A DNA stretch of 58,401 bases, counting the filler, from Squatina squatina (lineage: Eukaryota), in assembly GCA_031763465.1 (NCBI GenBank). It is 3 parts of 3 records of this genome, joined end to end, with 100 filler letters (N's around TTAATTAATTAA, not from the genome) between each part and the next. Parts side by side here need not be neighbours in the genome. Positions count along the whole stretch, not along the records: positions 45,807 to 58,401 come from JARFOE011018427.1; 2 more parts are not named here. One strand, given 5' to 3'. The translations under genes and the position numbers were made by a program. This document shows, piece after piece, positions 53,700 to 58,401 of this stretch. The notes under the pieces are model-generated. The model was not told where the DNA came from. It searched no databases and saw only the letters and a program-made list of their open reading frames with translations. Every line of letters starts with the position of its first letter. Positions within the stretch are counted from its first letter, which is position 1.

Positions 53700-54070
53700 C
53701 ACATCCGTCTGGGATCCGACGGTGAGTTCTTGGCACCACAACTCAAGAAGAACGTATTAGCTTTGGATCGGTACAGAGTTGAGTAATCAGAATGAATACG
53801 GAGAGGGGGCGCAGGGGGTTTAAATTATGATGACAGGTTACATCAAAGTGCAGGATTTAAAAAAAAATTAAGCAGGCGCCTCAGAAGGCGAAGGATTTTG
53901 GGTTAACTTAAAGTTTAATGACTGAGATCAATAGCTTTTTGTTAGGTTAGCGTACCAAGAAGTACAGATCAAAGGCAGGTAAATGGATTAAAGTAATGAT
54001 CAGCCACGTTCCAGTTGAATAGTGGAACAGGCCCGAGGGGTTCAGTGGGTGATCCCTGTTTCTATGTTCT
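53700..54070 (+). mobile_element. CR1 3' fragments
   Basis: gagttcttggcaccacaactcaagaag...; ttgaatagtggaacaggcccgaggggttcagtgg...ctgtttctatgttct tail. Confidence 0.6.
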
Positions 54071-54164
54071 TTGCACGTTATTTGAATCACAGGTCTTATT
54101 GGGAATTGTTGCAAAGTGCAATCCCTGTGTATTTGGAATCCACTGATACCCACGTATTCAAGTA

Positions 54165-54270
54165 ATTTAACTTTCTGCTGTTGGTCATTGACCCGAAACG
54201 CTAACTCCGTTTTTCTCTCCACATATGCTGCCTGACCTGCGGATTTTTTCCAGCATTTTTTGTTTATAAC
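54165..54270 (+). mobile_element. Penelope-like element pseudo-LTR 3' fragment
   Basis: ggtcattgacccgaaacgctaactccgtttttctctccacatatgctgcctgacctgc...ttccagcatttt matches a recalled abundant shark PLE terminus. Confidence 0.6.
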
Positions 54271-54369
54271 TTAATTTTCTGATTTGTTGTCGAAAATCAT
54301 TTTCCAAAAAAATACTCATTGAAGAATGGGAGTCAGTGCGAGTGATTTTAATTTTATGCAGGATGAAAG

Positions 54370-54900
54370 ATAGAGGTCGGCCAGGAGAGTGTTGGAATCA
54401 TAGAGTCCGGGAGCACCAAAACCATGACTGAGGGTTTCAGCAGCAGATGAGCTGAGCTAGGAGGTCACTATTACGAAGATAGATGTAGGTGGTCTTGCTG
54501 TGGAATAGATATGGGGGCGGAAGCTCAGCTCAGGGTGAAATAGGACACAACGGCTGCGAAAAAAATATGGTTCAGCCAATATCCAGGAAAGGGAGTTGCT
54601 GTCATGGGCGAAAGGCAATGGCTCTGATATTTGTGAGCAGTTGAATTTATTTAAGTCTTCAACATTGAGGCCAATGGCTTCAGTCTTCACCATGTTTTAT
54701 TGGAAGAAAATGCAACTCATCCATGCCTGGATGGGCAAACAGCGAGACAGGTCAAAGGTAGCAGATGAGAGAGGTAATGGTGAGGTAGAGCTCCATGCCA
54801 TCAGTCTAGATGTGGAACATGGTGTGATTTAAGATGATTTTCCCGACGCATAACATGTAGATTAGAAATAGGCGTGAGCCATGGATAGAAACTTACTGGC
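54370..54900 (-). mobile_element. L2 RT fragment
   Basis: VKTEAI...CVLFHPELSFRPHIYS on minus strand. Confidence 0.7.
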
Positions 54901-55379
54901 CACCAGAGATAACAGTGTGGGACAGGAAGACTAACCAAGAGTGGACAGATGAAAGGAGGCTTTGGACAGTGGTTCATCGATACTCCATACCGGCCCCGCA
55001 CTGTATATGTAGACGTTATCCTTCCCTGGGACATCTGACTTTGACGGTGCCTATTAGTGTCTCCAACCTATTCCCTGCTACTTGGAAATTTGTATACTGT
55101 TTACTTCTACATTTAATCAGGCCTCTGTTGAACATTTGTGCATTTCACCTCTGTCCATTCGAGTGTGAACTTTGGGTGCCACTCTGGACACTAGCCATTC
55201 AATTCTTTTCCACTTTTCCCCCAATCTTTTCCTTTTCTCTCTATTTATCCTGATCGCTCTCTCCTGTCATAATGTCTCCTTTCTCTGCCCTTCCAAATCT
55301 CTCCCTTAATCCTTCATCGCACTTCAAACTTCCAACTCGCCTGCCGCCAACACAGGCTTGACGCCCTCTTAGGTAGCTT

Positions 55380-57520
55380 CTCTCTGTGACTTTCTTGGCA
55401 TCCGATGAAAGGCCCATTGAGGCACTCGTCGCTGCATCCTCATGAGTAGCAACCTCAACACTATCATCCTACCCTCTCACCGACCTTCCCACCCAGCGTG
55501 CCAACTGGTGGCTGATCTTGCAAATTTCGTCCTCAACCAACTCATTCCACCCCCAGCACTGACCCTGTGGATGCAGGCAGTAGGACAGCCATCACCGTCC
55601 TTCTCTGCACCTCACTCCAAAATGCTCGTTCACTTGAGAACAAGTCCCTTTCCATCCATCACCCTCATGGCAATGACAGAAACGTTACTGAGGCATGATA
55701 GGACTTTAGCCTTAAATGGAGACTCCCCGTCTGGCTATGCCTTTCACAACTTACCATGCAAATTACCACCATGGCTATCATCACCAAATCACACGTTGGT
55801 CTGTCTCCTTACTCCTGCGGCACTTTCTCCTGCTTTGAGCATCTCACCTTATTCCACCCCTCTCACCTCTCATATAAAATTCTCATTCTCCACCGCCTAC
55901 CCAAGTACAATAATAACTTTATTACCGATATATCTTCACTGCTTTCCTCACTCAGCATTTGCACTGAAGGACTTCTCATCATGGTGATTTCAACCTTCAT
56001 CTCAATTAATCATGCGACATCTCCTCAGATTTCACTAGCCTCCTATCCTCCCTGAATCTCTCCCTCCAAGTAAACTCCCCAAAACTTATCCATGGCCTGC
56101 CCCTCGACCTTGCCACCTCTCGTGGATTCGCTACTCCCATCATGTCAATTGCAGATAAGGCTATTTCTGAACACTTCCTCGTATCACTTTCCACCGAGCT
56201 CTCCCTTCCACACCCAACAGAACTCTACCTCCTTCAGTTTCTGCTGCTGGAAGAACCTCTCTTTCAACTCACTAACAAATGCACTTATGATATGCAACAG
56301 TCCAATCTTGGACACTCCATTCCCCATGACCTTTCTGTAGTGCCTATCTGCTCAACTGCAGCCTCAACCACTTTTGATAAACTTAAACCTTATTCGCACA
56401 ATTACTCTCTCTCTCAGCCTTGCTGTCCCCCCAGGTGTGGCCCTAATTCTCGCTCCCTTAATCCAAGTAACACAGAATTGAATGGATATGGCAGACAACT
56501 GGTTTAGACATTCATTGCCAGAGCTGGCTGGACGAGTTGAAGAATTATCGGGTCCTGCTTTCGTCTGCCAAAATTGCTCACTGTTCCAGAAGTATTCTGG
56601 AATGCAAGAAAAAACTCCAACTTTGATTGTCTACTGCTAACCATCTTATATCCCTCTCCCGTCTCTTCTACCATCATCTCGCATAACAAGTGTGAAGAGC
56701 TCATGGACTTATTTGTATCTAAGCTTGAGACCATCCGTTCGGCTGCCTCTGCCATGTCCCTTCCTTCCGCTAGCCCACCTGGCCACACGTCCTCTAATGA
56801 TCTCCCATGCATTGGCGCTGAGCTCACATCTTTCTTCAGTTTCTCACCACTCCCCGATCTCCTCTCATGAGCTCTCTGCACTCGACTTGTCCATGAACCA
56901 CACTTCCTGCTCCCTCGACCCTATTTCTGCTAAACTACTGACCATCCAGCTTCCGTATATAGGCTCTCATGTTAGCTGACATTGTTATCTGTTCTCTCCT
57001 CAGGTTATGTCCCACTCTTTCTCAAATCTGCCATCATTCCCCCTCTCCTCAACAAAGCAACCATTGACTCCTCCATCCGTACAACGTACAGTCCCATCTC
57101 CAAACGCCCTTTACTCTCCAAATTATTAAACGTACTGGATCCAACCAAATTCACGTCCCACAACTCCAAGTTTGAATCGCCTCAAACAGTTTTTCGACCC
57201 TGTCACAGTACCAAAACTGCTCTCAGCAAGGTTACAAATGAATAGCTTTGTGACTGTGTCAAAGGCAAACTACGTTTCTTCGTCATTCTGGACTTGTCTG
57301 CGTCCTTTGCAATGCTGACCACTCCATCCTTCTCCAACGCCTCTCCAGCATCATCAAGCTGGGTGGGACTGCGCTCGCATGAATCCATTCTTATCTATAT
57401 AACTGTTTCCAGAAATTACCTGCAATGGCTACTATCCATGTTTCCTCATATTTACCTCTGATGTCCCCCAATGATCTCTCCTTGAACCTCTACTAATTTT
57501 AATGTACATGTTACCCGTAT
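55380..57520 (+). mobile_element. L2 LINE ORF2 (APE endonuclease plus RT N-half), many frameshifts
   Basis: MAMTETLL, CFEHLTL..ILILHRLPK, SCSLDPI, VPLFLKSAIIPPLLNK..D....YSPISKRPLLSKLL, FRPCHSTKTALSKVTN, ILDLSASF. Confidence 0.9.
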
Positions 57521-58164
57521 CCAACTCCCATCAAGTCCCTTATTTATTTGTTGGTATAATATTTGACTCTTTATTTTAACATTCTCTGATAATTTGATGT
57601 TTTTGTTTTTCTTTGCTTCTGTAATTGTTCCTTTTCTGACTGCTTAAAAGAAGTAAAACTAAAACTAGCCCACAATGAGAGAGCGTGAATGATGAAAGAC
57701 AAAAGGGCAGAATTGAAACTAAAGGAAAATCCATACAGTGAGTACATAGAAAAGAAAGGAGAGGGCGACTAAAGGTAGTACTAAAAGATTAGAAAATAAA
57801 TCAGCGGATGGTATACAAATTGGTAACAAATTGAGCAGAATAGTAAAAGGCATCAGGTTTAATACCACTCTGGTTTCACACTTGGAAGAGTAACTAACCC
57901 AATCCAGGCGAGCCCAAACCTTTTAGCAGATCAGCAGGATCTAACTGATTTGGGGCGGAACAGGCTCGAGGGATGGACTGGCCACTACCCGTCTTGATGT
58001 TCCAAAAGTGTTTCATTTCATGTGAAAGATTCAAACAAAACCATTTATTCAATGTTGTGTTATACTGACGGCAGGTGAATATTGGGCAATTTCATCAGTG
58101 TGCAACCTTGCAGAATACAATTTACTTTGCAAATGTTTGTTTTAGAAACTCCAACTATATTGAT

Positions 58165-58401
58165 CAGGCATGACCAAACCGCAGTTCCTGAACCGTATGT
58201 GGCTCTTTGAGACTTAAATTGCAGCTCGCAAAAAAAAATATCTTCAACAGCGGGAGCAGCAGAGGCTTGAAAAAGTTTGGGTGGGAGCAGAGGCCAGAGA
58301 AAGGTTGGCTGGGAGCAGAGACCAGAGAAAGTTCCTGCTGGAGCAGAGGCCGGAGAAAGTTCCTGCTGGAGCAGAGGCCGGAGAAAGTTCCTGCTGGAGC
58401 A
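58165..58401 (+). mobile_element. hAT (Charlie/Chaplin-like) non-autonomous element left end
   Basis: caggcatgaccaaaccgcag...gaaccgtatgtggctcttt resembles hAT-Charlie termini; other end outside the window. Confidence 0.5.
58254..58401. repeat. 28-bp tandem repeat gagcagaggccggagaaagttcctgctg
   Basis: About five units, the last ones identical, running off the window end. Confidence 0.92.

Overview
Vertebrate draft-assembly DNA, not prokaryotic; the CR1/L2/Penelope/Harbinger-MITE/DeuSINE repeat content points to a cartilaginous fish (shark). The window is three scaffolds (1-24755, 24856-45706, 45807-58401) joined by artificial N44-TTAATTAATTAA-N44 spacers, with many fixed 10-N and 100-N gaps. 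Recognisable genes: two MPDZ exons (+, PDZ1 and PDZ2, scaffold 1); SHOX2 exons for homeodomain helix 3, the next exon and the OAR-domain terminal exon (+, scaffold 2); and the 3' part of SLC16A10 (MCT10) coding exon 1 (-). The SLC16A10 piece is fused at an Ala-codon repeat to the SHOX2 terminal exon and replaces its 5' half. This is the most striking feature and is most likely a misjoin, but both frames stay formally open so it deserves a test. Other items: two AG|GCAAGT donors, a CR1 junction with twin-priming geometry, a CTCF-like motif in a Gypsy LTR, MEIS+PBX-HOX enhancer candidates, several MITEs and three minisatellites. I cannot support a new biological system from sequence alone. Repeat boundaries are approximate and all gene/family calls are from recalled sequence, not database searches.
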